Shown piece by piece: positions 33,106 through 44,719 of a stretch of 64,000 bases of DNA (positions are counted from its first letter, which is position 1; every line of letters begins with the position of its first letter). Position numbers and translations under genes: made by a program. The notes beneath the pieces are model-generated. The model saw nothing but the letters and a program-made list of their open reading frames with translations, was not told the DNA's origin and searched no databases. Source of the stretch: Escherichia coli (GTDB lineage: Bacteria; Pseudomonadota; Gammaproteobacteria; Enterobacterales; Enterobacteriaceae); NCBI RefSeq assembly GCF_009931435.1, contig NZ_CP043414.1; one strand, written 5' to 3'.

Positions 33106-33801
33106 ATGATCTACTTACGCAAAGCAAATGAACGTGGTCATGCAAATCATGGCTGGCTGGACTCCTGACATACTTTCTCTTTTGCCAACTATTACGACCC
33201 GAACTTTATGGGCTTCTCCGCGCTGCGCGTGATTAACGACGACGTGATTGAAGCAGGGCAGGGCTTCGGCACTCACCCGCATAAAGATATGGAAATTTTG
33301 ACCTACGTGCTGGAAGGTACTGTTGAGCACCAGGACAGCATGGGCAATAAAGAGCAGGTTCCGGCGGGCGAGTTCCAGATTATGAGTGCGGGTACGGGTA
33401 TTCGTCACTCAGAGTACAACCCAAGCAGCACTGAGCGTCTGCACCTGTATCAGATCTGGATCATGCCAGAAGAAAACGGTATTACGCCGCGTTATGAACA
33501 GCGTCGCTTTGATGCCGTACAGGGTAAACAGCTGGTGCTCTCGCCGGATGCGCGAGATGGTTCATTGAAAGTGCATCAGGATATGGAGCTATACCGCTGG
33601 GCGCTGCTGAAAGATGAGCAGTCGGTGCATCAGATTGCCGCTGAACGCCGCGTCTGGATCCAGGTGGTGAAAGGCAATGTTACCATTAACGGCGTGAAAG
33701 CCTCGACCAGCGATGGTCTGGCAATCTGGGATGAGCAGGCAATCTCCATCCACGCTGACAGCGACAGCGAAGTGTTACTGTTCGATCTGCCGCCGGTTTA
33801 A
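33106..33801 (+). pseudogene. yhhW: yhhW (pirin-like quercetin 2,3-dioxygenase) interrupted by an in-frame TGA at codon 21
   Basis: From ATG 33106: MIYLRKANERGHANHGWLDS-TGA(33166-33168)-HTFSFANYYDPNFMGFSALRV...; the rest (to 33801) is an intact in-frame YhhW; track ORF restarts at internal ATG 33208. Confidence 0.8.
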
Positions 33802-33850
33802 AACTTAACGGCATTTTTGAAGCCTGCCTTTTTGCGGGCTTCATCGCTCG

Positions 33851-33887
33851 CCCCGGTCGCGTGCTGATGTACGCGACCGGGGTTTTG
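33851..33887 (+). terminator. rho-independent terminator downstream of yhhW
   Basis: CCCCGGTCGCG-10 nt loop-CGCGACCGGGG followed by TTTTG. Confidence 0.75.
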
Positions 33888-34024
33888 TCGCGTCTTTAGC
33901 ACAATGCGATGCAATTGATTTAGTGTATATCTAATTATTGTAAACAAGCACTGTTTTCTCCGGGAAGGTTCTGATGCGTCCGTGTTAAACTAAGAGAATC
34001 TATCTCTTTTGTACCTTCAGGACG

Positions 34025-35020
34025 ATGAAAAAGAAAAGACCCGTACTTCAGGATGTGGCTGACCGTGTTGGCGTGACCAAAATGACGGTCAGCCGTTTTT
34101 TACGCAACCCGGAGCAGGTTTCCGTCGCTCTACGTGGCAAGATTGCCGCCGCTCTTGATGAACTGGGTTATATTCCCAATCGCGCGCCCGATATCCTCTC
34201 TAATGCCACCAGCCGGGCGATTGGCGTCCTGTTACCTTCACTCACCAACCAGGTTTTCGCTGAAGTATTACGCGGTATCGAAAGCGTCACCGACGCACAC
34301 GGTTATCAGACGATGCTGGCGCACTACGGTTATAAACCGGAAATGGAGCAAGAACGCCTCGAATCAATGCTTTCCTGGAATATCGACGGACTTATTCTCA
34401 CCGAACGTACCCACACGCCCCGCACCTTAAAGATGATTGAAGTAGCGGGTATTCCGGTGGTGGAGCTGATGGACAGTAAGTCGCCGTGTCTCGATATCGC
34501 CGTCGGTTTTGATAACTTTGAAGCGGCACGCCAGATGACCACCGCCATTATTGCTCGCGGGCATCGTCACATTGCCTATCTCGGCGCACGCCTCGACGAA
34601 CGTACTATCATCAAACAGAAGGGATATGAGCAGGCGATGCTGGATGCAGGCCTGGTGCCGTATAGCGTGATGGTCGAGCAATCTTCTTCTTACTCTTCCG
34701 GTATTGAACTGATTCGCCAGGCGCGGCGGGAATATCCGCAGTTGGATGGCGTATTTTGTACTAATGATGACCTGGCGGTCGGCGCGGCGTTTGAATGTCA
34801 GCGTCTGGGGCTGAAAGTTCCTGACGATATGGCGATTGCCGGTTTCCACGGTCATGACATTGGTCAGGTGATGGAGCCACGGCTGGCGAGCGTGCTGACG
34901 CCGCGTGAGCGGATGGGCAGCATTGGCGCTGAGCGCCTGCTGGCGCGTATTCGTGGCGAATCTGTGACACCGAAAATGTTAGATTTAGGTTTCACCTTGT
35001 CACCGGGCGGATCTATTTAA
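34025..35020 (+). CDS. gntR: gluconate repressor GntR (LacI family)
   Basis: 331 aa; N-terminal HTH (LQDVADRVGVTKMTVSRFL) and periplasmic-binding-like effector domain. Confidence 0.95.
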   Translation: MKKKRPVLQDVADRVGVTKMTVSRFLRNPEQVSVALRGKIAAALDELGYIPNRAPDILSNATSRAIGVLLPSLTNQVFAEVLRGIESVTDAHGYQTMLAHYGYKPEMEQERLESMLSWNIDGLILTERTHTPRTLKMIEVAGIPVVELMDSKSPCLDIAVGFDNFEAARQMTTAIIARGHRHIAYLGARLDERTIIKQKGYEQAMLDAGLVPYSVMVEQSSSYSSGIELIRQARREYPQLDGVFCTNDDLAVGAAFECQRLGLKVPDDMAIAGFHGHDIGQVMEPRLASVLTPRERMGSIGAERLLARIRGESVTPKMLDLGFTLSPGGSI

Positions 35021-35099
35021 GCTCACAAATTTGAAGTAGCTCACACTTATACACTTAAGGCACGGATGGATATTGCTTCTGTTTTTGTCCGGCTGGACA

Positions 35100-35128
35100 A
35101 TGTTACCGATAACAGTTACCCGTAACAT
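35100..35128 (+). promoter_or_regulatory. GntR operator(s) in the gntKU promoter
   Basis: ATGTTACCGATAACAGTTACCCGTAACAT: two overlapping imperfect palindromes of the ATGTTACCCGTAACAT type, 30-60 bp upstream of gntK. Confidence 0.75.
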
Positions 35129-35159
35129 TTTCTGATTCTTGTATTGTGGGGGCACCACT

Positions 35160-35687
35160 TTGAGCACGACTAACCATGATCACCACATTTACGTCTTGAT
35201 GGGCGTATCGGGCAGCGGCAAATCTGCAGTCGCCAGTGAAGTGGCGCATCAACTTCATGCCGCGTTTCTTGATGGCGATTTCCTCCATCCGCGCTGCAAT
35301 ATCGAAAAAATGGCGTCTGGCGAACCGCTGAATGACGACGATCGCAAACCGTGGTTACAGGCGCTTAACGACGCCGCGTTTGCCATGCAGCGCACCAATA
35401 AAGTGTCGCTGATCGTCTGTTCTGCACTGAAAAAGCACTATCGCGACCTGCTGCGTGAAGGTAATCCGAATCTCTCTTTCATCTACCTGAAAGGCGATTT
35501 TGATGTAATTGAAAGCCGTCTGAAAGCGCGCAAAGGCCATTTCTTTAAAACCCAAATGCTGGTGACGCAGTTTGAAACGCTGCAGGAGCCGGGTGCGGAC
35601 GAAACCGATGTACTGGTGGTGGATATCGATCAACCGCTGGAAGGTGTTGTGGCAAGCACCATTGAGGTTATTAAAAAAGGCAAATAA
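35160..35687 (+). CDS. gntK: gluconokinase GntK (TTG start)
   Basis: TTG at 35160 then STTNHDHHIYVLMGVSGSGKSAV... (P-loop) gives the 175-aa protein; track ORF begins at an upstream TTG (35139). Confidence 0.85.
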   Translation: MSTTNHDHHIYVLMGVSGSGKSAVASEVAHQLHAAFLDGDFLHPRCNIEKMASGEPLNDDDRKPWLQALNDAAFAMQRTNKVSLIVCSALKKHYRDLLREGNPNLSFIYLKGDFDVIESRLKARKGHFFKTQMLVTQFETLQEPGADETDVLVVDIDQPLEGVVASTIEVIKKGK

Positions 35688-35690
35688 GTA

Positions 35691-37031
35691 GTGACTACAT
35701 TAACGCTTGTTTTAACAGCAGTAGGGTCTGTTTTACTGCTGCTGTTTTTAGTCATGAAGGCGCGTATGCACGCTTTCCTGGCTTTGATGGTGGTGTCTAT
35801 GGGGGCTGGCCTTTTTTCCGGTATGCCGCTCGATAAAATCGCAGCGACGATGGAAAAAGGGATGGGAGGCACCCTCGGCTTCCTGGCGGTAGTTGTCGCC
35901 CTGGGAGCCATGTTTGGCAAGATCTTACATGAAACCGGCGCAGTCGATCAGATTGCCGTCAAAATGCTCAAATCCTTCGGTCACAGTCGTGCGCATTATG
36001 CCATTGGCCTTGCGGGCCTGGTTTGTGCGCTACCACTGTTCTTTGAAGTGGCGATTGTTCTGCTGATTAGCGTTGCTTTCTCAATGGCGCGCCACACCGG
36101 TACGAACCTGGTGAAACTGGTAATCCCATTATTCGCAGGCGTGGCGGCAGCGGCGGCGTTCCTGGTGCCGGGGCCTGCGCCAATGCTATTGGCATCGCAG
36201 ATGAATGCTGACTTTGGCTGGATGATCCTGATTGGCCTGTGTGCGGCAATCCCGGGAATGATTATTGCCGGGCCGCTGTGGGGTAATTTCATCAGCCGCT
36301 ATGTGGAGCTGCATATTCCTGACGATATCAGCGAACCGCATCTCGGCGAAGGCAAAATGCCGTCCTTCGGATTCAGCCTGTCGCTGATCCTGCTGCCGCT
36401 GGTGCTGGTGGGGCTGAAAACCATTGCCGCACGTTTTGTGCCGGAAGGCTCTACCGCTTACGAATGGTTCGAGTTTATCGGTCATCCGTTTACCGCAATT
36501 CTGGTCGCTTGCCTGGTAGCAATTTACGGCCTGGCGATGCGTCAGGGTATGCCGAAAGACAAAGTGATGGAGATTTGCGGTCACGCGCTGCAACCGGCGG
36601 GGATTATTCTGCTGGTGATTGGTGCAGGCGGCGTGTTCAAACAGGTGCTGGTTGACTCTGGCGTAGGTCCGGCGCTGGGCGAAGCGTTAACCGGCATGGG
36701 CCTGCCGATTGCCATCACCTGCTTCGTGCTGGCAGCTGCAGTGCGCATCATTCAGGGTTCTGCCACCGTTGCCTGTTTAACGGCGGTGGGACTGGTGATG
36801 CCGGTTATTGAACAGCTGAACTACTCCGGTGCGCAAATGGCGGCGCTGTCAATTTGTATCGCCGGTGGTTCGATTGTTGTCAGCCACGTTAACGACGCCG
36901 GTTTCTGGTTGTTCGGTAAATTTACCGGCGCGACCGAAGCCGAAACGCTGAAAACCTGGACCATGATGGAAACCATCCTCGGCACCGTTGGTGCCATCGT
37001 CGGGATGATTGCGTTCCAGCTGTTGAGTTAA
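35691..37031 (+). CDS. gntU: low-affinity gluconate transporter GntU (GntP family), GTG start
   Basis: 446-aa polytopic ORF starting at GTG, 4 nt after the gntK stop. Confidence 0.85.
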   Translation: MTTLTLVLTAVGSVLLLLFLVMKARMHAFLALMVVSMGAGLFSGMPLDKIAATMEKGMGGTLGFLAVVVALGAMFGKILHETGAVDQIAVKMLKSFGHSRAHYAIGLAGLVCALPLFFEVAIVLLISVAFSMARHTGTNLVKLVIPLFAGVAAAAAFLVPGPAPMLLASQMNADFGWMILIGLCAAIPGMIIAGPLWGNFISRYVELHIPDDISEPHLGEGKMPSFGFSLSLILLPLVLVGLKTIAARFVPEGSTAYEWFEFIGHPFTAILVACLVAIYGLAMRQGMPKDKVMEICGHALQPAGIILLVIGAGGVFKQVLVDSGVGPALGEALTGMGLPIAITCFVLAAAVRIIQGSATVACLTAVGLVMPVIEQLNYSGAQMAALSICIAGGSIVVSHVNDAGFWLFGKFTGATEAETLKTWTMMETILGTVGAIVGMIAFQLLS

Positions 37032-37087
37032 GTTTGTTCGCCCGGTAGTTGTGACGCTACCGGGCTCTTTTCGAAAAACTCTCCTCG

Positions 37088-37681
37088 TTACCCCTTCATC
37101 CACATTCGAATGCCGTCGAGGAACATCTGAGTTGCCATCATCACCAGAATCAATCCCATCAGGCGTTCAAGTGCATTCACCCCTTTCTCGCCCAGCAGAC
37201 GTAAAAATAGCGAAGACTGTAGCAGGATAACAAAGGTGCCGCCCCAGGCCAGTAGCAGAGCAATTACCAGATGTCCCATCTGATTCGGGTACTGATGAGA
37301 CAACAACATCAGCGTGGCGAGAATAGTCGGCCCGGCGACTAACGGAATTGCCAACGGCACGATAAACGGCTCTTCACCTGCCGGAAGCCCGCTGCTATTT
37401 CCTGAAGCACTGGGGAAAATCATCTTAATGGCGATCAGAAACAGAATGATGCCGCCAGAAATGGAGACGGTTTCTGCCCGCAGGCTAAGAAATGCCAGAA
37501 TTTTCTCACCCGCAAACAGGAACACCAGCATCACCAGGAGAGCAATAAGCAACTCTCGCACCATGATTGCCCGCCGTCTTTTCGGTTCAGTATGTTTCAG
37601 TACGGACATGAAAATAGGTAGGTTTCCGAGCGGATCCATAATCAGGATCAATAAAACTGCTGCAGAAATGATTTCATTCAT
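37088..37681 (-). CDS. yhgN: MarC-family membrane protein YhgN
   Basis: 197-aa polytopic ORF matching YhgN. Confidence 0.9.
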   Translation of the reverse strand: MNEIISAAVLLILIMDPLGNLPIFMSVLKHTEPKRRRAIMVRELLIALLVMLVFLFAGEKILAFLSLRAETVSISGGIILFLIAIKMIFPSASGNSSGLPAGEEPFIVPLAIPLVAGPTILATLMLLSHQYPNQMGHLVIALLLAWGGTFVILLQSSLFLRLLGEKGVNALERLMGLILVMMATQMFLDGIRMWMKG

Positions 37682-37873
37682 AACTCAAATTCCCTGATAA
37701 TTGCCGCGGACTTTCTGCGTGCTAACAAAGCAGGATAAGTCGCATTACTGATGGCTTCGCTATCATTGATTAATTTCACTTGCGACTTTGGCTGCTTTTT
37801 GTATGGTGAAAGATGTGCCACGAGGAGACCGGCACATTTATACAGCACACATCTTTGCAGGAAAAAAACGCTT

Positions 37874-38977
37874 ATGAAAAATGTTGGTTTTATCGGCTGG
37901 CGCGGTATGGTCGGCTCCGTTCTCATGCAACGCATGGTTGAAGAGCGCGACTTCGACGCCATTCGCCCTGTCTTCTTTTCTACTTCTCAGCTTGGTCAGG
38001 CTGCGCCGTCTTTTGGCGGAACCACTGACACACTTCAGGATGCCTTTGATCTGGAGGCGCTAAAGGCCCTCGATATCATTGTGACCTGTCAGGGCGGCGA
38101 TTATACCAACGAAATCTATCCAAAGCTTCGTGAAAGCGGATGGCAAGGTTACTGGATTGACGCAGCATCATCTCTGCGCATGAAAGATGACGCCATCATC
38201 ATTCTTGACCCCGTCAATCAGGACGTCATTACCGACGGATTAAATAATGGCATCAGGACTTTTGTTGGCGGTAACTGTACCGTAAGCCTGATGTTGATGT
38301 CGTTGGGTGGTTTATTCGCCAATGATCTTGTTGATTGGGTGTCCGTTGCAACCTACCAGGCCGCTTCCGGCGGTGGTGCGCGACATATGCGTGAGTTATT
38401 AACCCAGATGGGCCATCTGTATGGCCATGTGGCAGATGAACTCGCGACCCCGTCCTCTGCTATTCTCGATATCGAACGCAAAGTCACAACCTTAACCCGT
38501 AGCGGTGAGCTGCCGGTGGATAACTTTGGCGTGCCGCTGGCGGGTAGCCTGATTCCGTGGATCGACAAACAGCTCGATAACGGTCAGAGCCGCGAAGAGT
38601 GGAAAGGGCAGGCGGAAACCAACAAGATCCTCAACACATCTTCCGTAATTCCGGTAGATGGTTTATGTGTGCGTGTCGGGGCATTGCGCTGCCACAGCCA
38701 GGCATTCACTATTAAATTGAAAAAAGATGTGTCTATTCCGACCGTGGAAGAACTGCTGGCTGCGCACAATCCGTGGGCGAAAGTCGTTCCGAACGATCGG
38801 GAAATCACTATGCGTGAGCTAACCCCAGCTGCCGTTACCGGCACGCTGACCACGCCGGTAGGCCGTTTGCGTAAGCTGAATATGGGACCGGAGTTCCTGT
38901 CAGCCTTTACCGTGGGCGACCAGCTGCTGTGGGGGGCCGCGGAGCCGCTGCGTCGGATGCTTCGTCAACTGGCGTAA
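37874..38977 (+). CDS. asd: aspartate-semialdehyde dehydrogenase Asd
   Basis: ATG at 37874 ([17 protein letters not shown]...); 367 aa; track ORF has a 41-codon upstream extension. Confidence 0.95.
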
Positions 38978-39249
38978 TCTTTATTCATTAAATCTGGGGC
39001 GCGTTGCCGCCCCTGTTAGTGCGTAATACAGGAGTAAGCGCAGATGTTTCATGATTTACCGGGAGTTAAATAGAGCATTGGCTATTCTTTAAGGGTGGCT
39101 GAATACATGAGTATTCACAGCCTTACCTGAAGTGAGGACGACGCAGAGAGGATGCACAGAGTGCTGCGCCGTTCAGGTCAAAAAAATGTCACAACCAGAA
39201 GTCAAAAATTCAGTTGGATGGGGTGACACAATAAAACAGGAAGACAAGC

Positions 39250-41436
39250 ATGTCCGATCGTATCGATAGAGACGTGATTAACGCGCTAATTGCAGGCCAT
39301 TTTGCGGATCCTTTTTCCGTACTGGGGATGCATAAAACCACCGCGGGACTGGAAGTCCGTGCCCTTTTACCCGACGCTACCGATGTGTGGGTGATTGAAC
39401 CGAAAACCGGGCGTAAACTCGCAAAACTGGAGTGTCTCGACTCACGTGGATTCTTTAGCGGTGTCATTCCGCGACGTAAGAATTTTTTCCGCTATCAGTT
39501 GGCTGTTGTCTGGCATGGTCAGCAAAACCTGATAGATGATCCTTACCGTTTTGGTCCGCTAATCCAGGAAATGGATGCCTGGCTATTATCTGAAGGTACG
39601 CATCTGCGCCCATATGAAACCTTAGGCGCGCATGCAGATACTATGGATGGCGTCACAGGTACGCGTTTTTCTGTCTGGGCTCCAAACGCCCGTCGGGTCT
39701 CGGTGGTTGGGCAATTCAACTACTGGGACGGTCGCCGTCATCCGATGCGCCTGCGTAAAGAGAGCGGCATCTGGGAACTGTTTATCCCTGGGGCGCATAA
39801 CGGTCAGCTCTATAAATACGAGATGATTGATGCCAATGGCAACTTGCGTCTGAAGTCCGACCCTTATGCCTTCGAAGCGCAAATGCGCCCGGAAACCGCG
39901 TCTCTTATTTGCGGGCTGCCGGAAAAGGTTGTGCAGACTGAAGAGCGCAAAAAAGCGAATCAGTTTGATGCGCCAATCTCTATTTATGAAGTTCACCTGG
40001 GCTCCTGGCGTCGCCACACCGACAACAATTTCTGGTTGAGCTACCGCGAGCTGGCCGATCAACTGGTGCCTTATGCTAAATGGATGGGCTTTACCCACCT
40101 CGAACTGCTGCCCATTAACGAGCATCCGTTCGATGGCAGTTGGGGTTATCAGCCAACCGGCCTGTATGCACCGACCCGCCGTTTTGGTACCCGCGACGAC
40201 TTCCGTTATTTCATTGATGCCGCACACGCAGCTGGTCTGAACGTGATTCTCGACTGGGTACCAGGCCACTTCCCGACCGATGACTTTGCGCTTGCCGAAT
40301 TTGATGGCACGAACTTGTATGAACACAGCGATCCGCGCGAAGGCTACCATCAGGACTGGAATACGCTGATCTACAACTATGGTCGCCGTGAAGTCAGTAA
40401 CTTCCTTGTCGGTAATGCGCTTTACTGGATCGAACGTTTTGGTATTGATGCGCTGCGCGTCGATGCTGTGGCATCAATGATTTATCGCGACTACAGCCGC
40501 AAAGAGGGGGAGTGGATCCCGAACGAATTTGGCGGGCGCGAGAATCTTGAAGCGATTGAATTCTTGCGTAATACCAACCGTATTCTTGGTGAGCAGGTTT
40601 CCGGTGCGGTGACAATGGCGGAAGAGTCTACCGATTTCCCTGGCGTTTCTCGTCCGCAGGACATGGGCGGTCTGGGCTTCTGGTACAAGTGGAACCTAGG
40701 CTGGATGCATGACACCCTGGACTACATGAAGCTCGACCCGGTTTATCGTCAGTATCATCACGATAAACTGACCTTCGGGATGCTCTACAACTACACTGAA
40801 AACTTCGTCCTGCCGTTGTCGCATGATGAAGTGGTCCACGGTAAAAAATCGATTCTCGACCGGATGCCGGGCGACGCATGGCAGAAATTCGCTAACCTGC
40901 GCGCCTACTACGGCTGGATGTGGGCATTCCCGGGCAAGAAACTGCTGTTCATGGGGAACGAATTTGCCCAGGGCCGCGAGTGGAACCATGACGCCAGCCT
41001 CGACTGGCATCTGTTGGAAGGCGGCGATAACTGGCACCACGGTGTCCAGCGTCTGGTGCGCGATCTGAACCTCACCTACCGCCACCATAAAGCGATGCAT
41101 GAACTGGATTTTGACCCGTACGGTTTTGAATGGCTGGTGGTGGATGACAAAGAACGCTCGGTGCTGATCTTTGTGCGTCGCGATAAAGAGGGTAACGAAA
41201 TCATCGTTGCCAGTAACTTTACTCCGGTGCCGCGTCATGATTATCGCTTCGGCATTAACCAGCCGGGTAAATGGCGTGAGATCCTCAATACCGATTCCAT
41301 GCACTATCACGGCAGTAATGCAGGCAATGGCGGCACGGTACACAGCGATGAGATTGCCAGCCATGGTCGTCAGCATTCACTGAGCCTGACGCTACCACCG
41401 CTGGCCACTATCTGGCTGGTTCGGGAGGCAGAATGA
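39250..41436 (+). CDS. glgB: 1,4-alpha-glucan branching enzyme GlgB
   Basis: 728 aa, GH13 family; first gene of glgBX. Confidence 0.95.
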   Translation: MSDRIDRDVINALIAGHFADPFSVLGMHKTTAGLEVRALLPDATDVWVIEPKTGRKLAKLECLDSRGFFSGVIPRRKNFFRYQLAVVWHGQQNLIDDPYRFGPLIQEMDAWLLSEGTHLRPYETLGAHADTMDGVTGTRFSVWAPNARRVSVVGQFNYWDGRRHPMRLRKESGIWELFIPGAHNGQLYKYEMIDANGNLRLKSDPYAFEAQMRPETASLICGLPEKVVQTEERKKANQFDAPISIYEVHLGSWRRHTDNNFWLSYRELADQLVPYAKWMGFTHLELLPINEHPFDGSWGYQPTGLYAPTRRFGTRDDFRYFIDAAHAAGLNVILDWVPGHFPTDDFALAEFDGTNLYEHSDPREGYHQDWNTLIYNYGRREVSNFLVGNALYWIERFGIDALRVDAVASMIYRDYSRKEGEWIPNEFGGRENLEAIEFLRNTNRILGEQVSGAVTMAEESTDFPGVSRPQDMGGLGFWYKWNLGWMHDTLDYMKLDPVYRQYHHDKLTFGMLYNYTENFVLPLSHDEVVHGKKSILDRMPGDAWQKFANLRAYYGWMWAFPGKKLLFMGNEFAQGREWNHDASLDWHLLEGGDNWHHGVQRLVRDLNLTYRHHKAMHELDFDPYGFEWLVVDDKERSVLIFVRRDKEGNEIIVASNFTPVPRHDYRFGINQPGKWREILNTDSMHYHGSNAGNGGTVHSDEIASHGRQHSLSLTLPPLATIWLVREAE

Positions 41437-43406
41437 CACAACTCGCCATTGGCAAACCCGCACCCCTCGGCGCGCATTACGACGGTCAGGGCGTCAACTT
41501 CACACTTTTCTCCGCTCATGCCGAGCGGGTAGAACTGTGTATCTTTGACGCCAATGGCCAGGAACATCGCTATGACTTGCCAGGGCACAGTGGCGACATT
41601 TGGCACGGTTATCTGCCGGATGCGCGCCCGGGTTTGCGTTATGGTTATCGCGTTCATGGCCCCTGGCGACCCGCCGAGGGACATCGCTTTAACCCGGCGA
41701 AGTTGTTGATTGATCCTTGCGCGCGGCAAATTGACGGGGAGTTTAAAGATAACCCGCTGCTGCACGCAGGTCATAATGAACCTGACTATCGCGACAACGC
41801 CGCCATTGCGCCGAAATGTGTAGTGGTGGTTGATCACTATGACTGGGAGGATGATGCCCCGCCGCGCACGCCGTGGGGCAGCACTATCATTTATGAAGCC
41901 CATGTCAAAGGATTAACGTATCTGCACCCGGAGATCCCCGTCGATATCCGCGGCACTTATAAAGCCCTGGGGCATCCGGTGATGATCAACTATTTGAAAC
42001 AGTTGGGCATTACTGCGCTGGAGTTGCTGCCGGTGGCACAATTTGCCAGCGAACCACGCCTGCAACGTATGGGGTTAAGTAACTACTGGGGCTATAACCC
42101 GGTAGCGATGTTTGCGCTGCATCCGGCGTATGCCTGCTCGCCAGAAACGGCGCTGAATGAGTTTCGCGATGCAATCAAAGCACTGCATAAAGCGGGTATC
42201 GAAGTCATTCTTGATATCGTGCTTAACCATAGTGCGGAACTGGACCTCGACGGTCCGTTATTCTCTCTGCGTGGGATCGACAACCGTAGCTATTATTGGA
42301 TAAGAGAAGACGGTGATTATCACAATTGGACAGGCTGTGGCAACACGCTCAATTTGAGTCATCCGGCGGTGGTGGATTATGCCAGCGCCTGCCTGCGTTA
42401 TTGGGTAGAAACCTGCCACGTCGATGGTTTCCGTTTTGATCTGGCGGCAGTCATGGGCCGTACGCCTGAGTTCCGTCAGGATGCTCCGTTGTTTACCGCA
42501 ATTCAGAACTGCCCGGTGCTCTCGCAGGTGAAGTTAATTGCCGAACCGTGGGATATTGCGCCTGGTGGTTATCAGGTGGGAAATTTCCCGCCACTGTTTG
42601 CTGAGTGGAACGATCATTTCCGCGATGCTGCCCGTCGTTTCTGGCTGCATTATGATTTGCCTCTGGGGGCGTTTGCCGGGCGTTTTGCTGCCTCCAGCGA
42701 TGTTTTTAAACGTAATGGTCGTCTGCCGAGTGCCGCGATTAATCTCGTCACCGCGCATGACGGTTTTACGCTTCGCGACTGCGTTTGCTTCAACCATAAA
42801 CACAATGAAGCAAACGGAGAAGAAAATCGCGACGGGACCAACAACAATTACAGTAACAATCATGGTAAAGAAGGATTAGGCGGTACTCTTGACCTGGTTG
42901 AACGGCGGCGCGACAGCATTCACGCCCTGTTAACAACGTTGTTGCTCTCCCAGGGTACGCCGATGTTACTGGCCGGTGACGAACATGGTCATAGCCAGCA
43001 TGGCAATAACAATGCCTACTGTCAGGATAATCAATTAACCTGGTTGGACTGGTCGCAGGCAAGCAGTGGTTTAACCGCATTTACCGCCGCGTTAATCCAT
43101 CTGCGCAAGCGCATTCCCGCTTTGGTGGAGAATCGCTGGTGGGAAGAAGGCGACGGCAATGTCCGTTGGCTAAATCGATATGCTCAACCTTTAAGCACGG
43201 ATGAGTGGCAAAACGGGCCGAAACAGCTGCAAATTCTGCTCTCGGATCGCTTTTTGATCGCAATTAACGCCACGCTTGAGGTAACAGAGATTGTTTTACC
43301 TGCTGGGGAGTGGCACGCCATTCCCCCATTCGCTGGAGAGGATAACCCAGTGATTACGGCTGTCTGGCAGGGACCTGCACACGGATTGTGTGTGTTCCAG
43401 AGATGA
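41433..43406 (+). CDS. glgX: glycogen debranching enzyme GlgX
   Basis: 657 aa, GH13; start overlaps glgB stop. Confidence 0.95.
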
Positions 43407-43423
43407 TAAAAAAGGAGTTAGTC
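43378..43423 (+). promoter_or_regulatory. glgC leader with CsrA-binding GGA hairpin and SD
   Basis: Hairpin CACAC-GGATT-GTGTG (43378-43392) presents GGA in the loop; second GGA inside the AGGAG SD (43413-43417); this is the known CsrA target architecture, here overlapping the glgX 3' end. Confidence 0.7.
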
Positions 43424-44719
43424 ATGGTTAGTTTAGAGAAGAACGATCACTTAATGTTGGCGCGCCAGCTGCCATTGAAATCTGTTGCCCTGATACTGGC
43501 GGGAGGACGTGGTACCCGCCTGAAGGATTTAACCAATAAGCGAGCAAAACCGGCCGTACACTTCGGCGGTAAGTTCCGCATTATCGACTTTGCACTGTCT
43601 AACTGCATCAACTCCGGGATCCGTCGTATGGGCGTGATCACCCAGTACCAGTCCCATACTCTGGTGCAGCACATTCAGCGCGGCTGGTCATTCTTCAATG
43701 AAGAAATGAACGAGTTTGTCGATCTGTTGCCAGCGCAGCAGAGAATGAAAGGGGAAAACTGGTATCGCGGCACCGCAGATGCGGTCACGCAAAACCTCGA
43801 CATTATTCGCCGTTACAAAGCGGAATATGTGGTGATCCTGGCGGGCGACCATATCTACAAGCAAGACTACTCGCGTATGCTTATCGACCACGTCGAAAAA
43901 GGCGCACGTTGCACCGTCGCTTGTATGCCTGTACCGATTGAAGAAGCCTCCGCATTTGGCGTTATGGCGGTTGATGAGAACGATAAAATTATCGAATTCG
44001 TTGAAAAACCCGCTAACCCGCCGTCAATGCCGAACGATCCGAGCAAATCTCTGGCGAGCATGGGTATCTACGTCTTTGACGCCGACTATCTGTATGAACT
44101 GCTGGAAGAAGACGATCGCGATGAGAACTCCAGCCACGACTTTGGTAAAGATTTGATTCCCAAAATCACCGAAGCCGGTCTGGCCTATGCGCACCCGTTC
44201 CCGCTCTCTTGCGTACAATCCGACCCGGATGCCGAGCCGTACTGGCGCGATGTGGGTACGCTTGAAGCTTACTGGAAAGCGAACCTCGATCTGGCATCAG
44301 TGGTGCCGGAACTGGATATGTACGATCGCAATTGGCCAATTCGCACCTACAATGAATCATTACCGCCAGCGAAATTCGTGCAAGATCGCTCCGGTAGCCA
44401 CGGGATGACCCTTAACTCACTGGTTTCCGGCGGTTGTGTGATCTCCGGTTCGGTGGTGGTGCAGTCCGTTCTGTTCTCGCGCGTTCGCGTGAATTCATTC
44501 TGCAACATTGATTCCGCCGTATTGTTACCGGAAGTATGGGTAGGTCGCTCGTGCCGTCTGCGCCGCTGCGTCATTGATCGTGCTTGTGTTATTCCGGAAG
44601 GCATGGTGATTGGTGAAAACGCAGAGGAAGATGCACGTCGTTTCTATCGTTCAGAAGAAGGCATCGTGCTGGTAACGCGCGAAATGCTACGGAAGTTAGG
44701 GCATAAACAGGAGCGATAA
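43424..44719 (+). CDS. glgC: glucose-1-phosphate adenylyltransferase GlgC
   Basis: ATG at 43424 ([17 protein letters not shown]...); 431 aa. Confidence 0.95.

Noticed and set aside
37751-37873. N-terminal extensions in the ORF track (asd from 37751, ggt from 29301, yhhY to 31689, yhhT to 3755, glgC from 43388, livK from 18538, and others)
   Set aside because: The track takes the most upstream ATG/GTG/TTG; the internal ATG giving the known protein length and a signal peptide or conserved N-terminus was preferred in each case.
40696-41376. Long antisense ORFs inside glgB (and similar ones inside livK 18916-19515, livH 19500-20105, ugpC 26986-27513, rtcB 58087-58908, glgP 48100-48726)
   Set aside because: Each is fully embedded opposite a well-supported conserved gene; the translations are Arg/His-rich with no recognisable motifs, as expected for antisense frames of GC-rich coding DNA.
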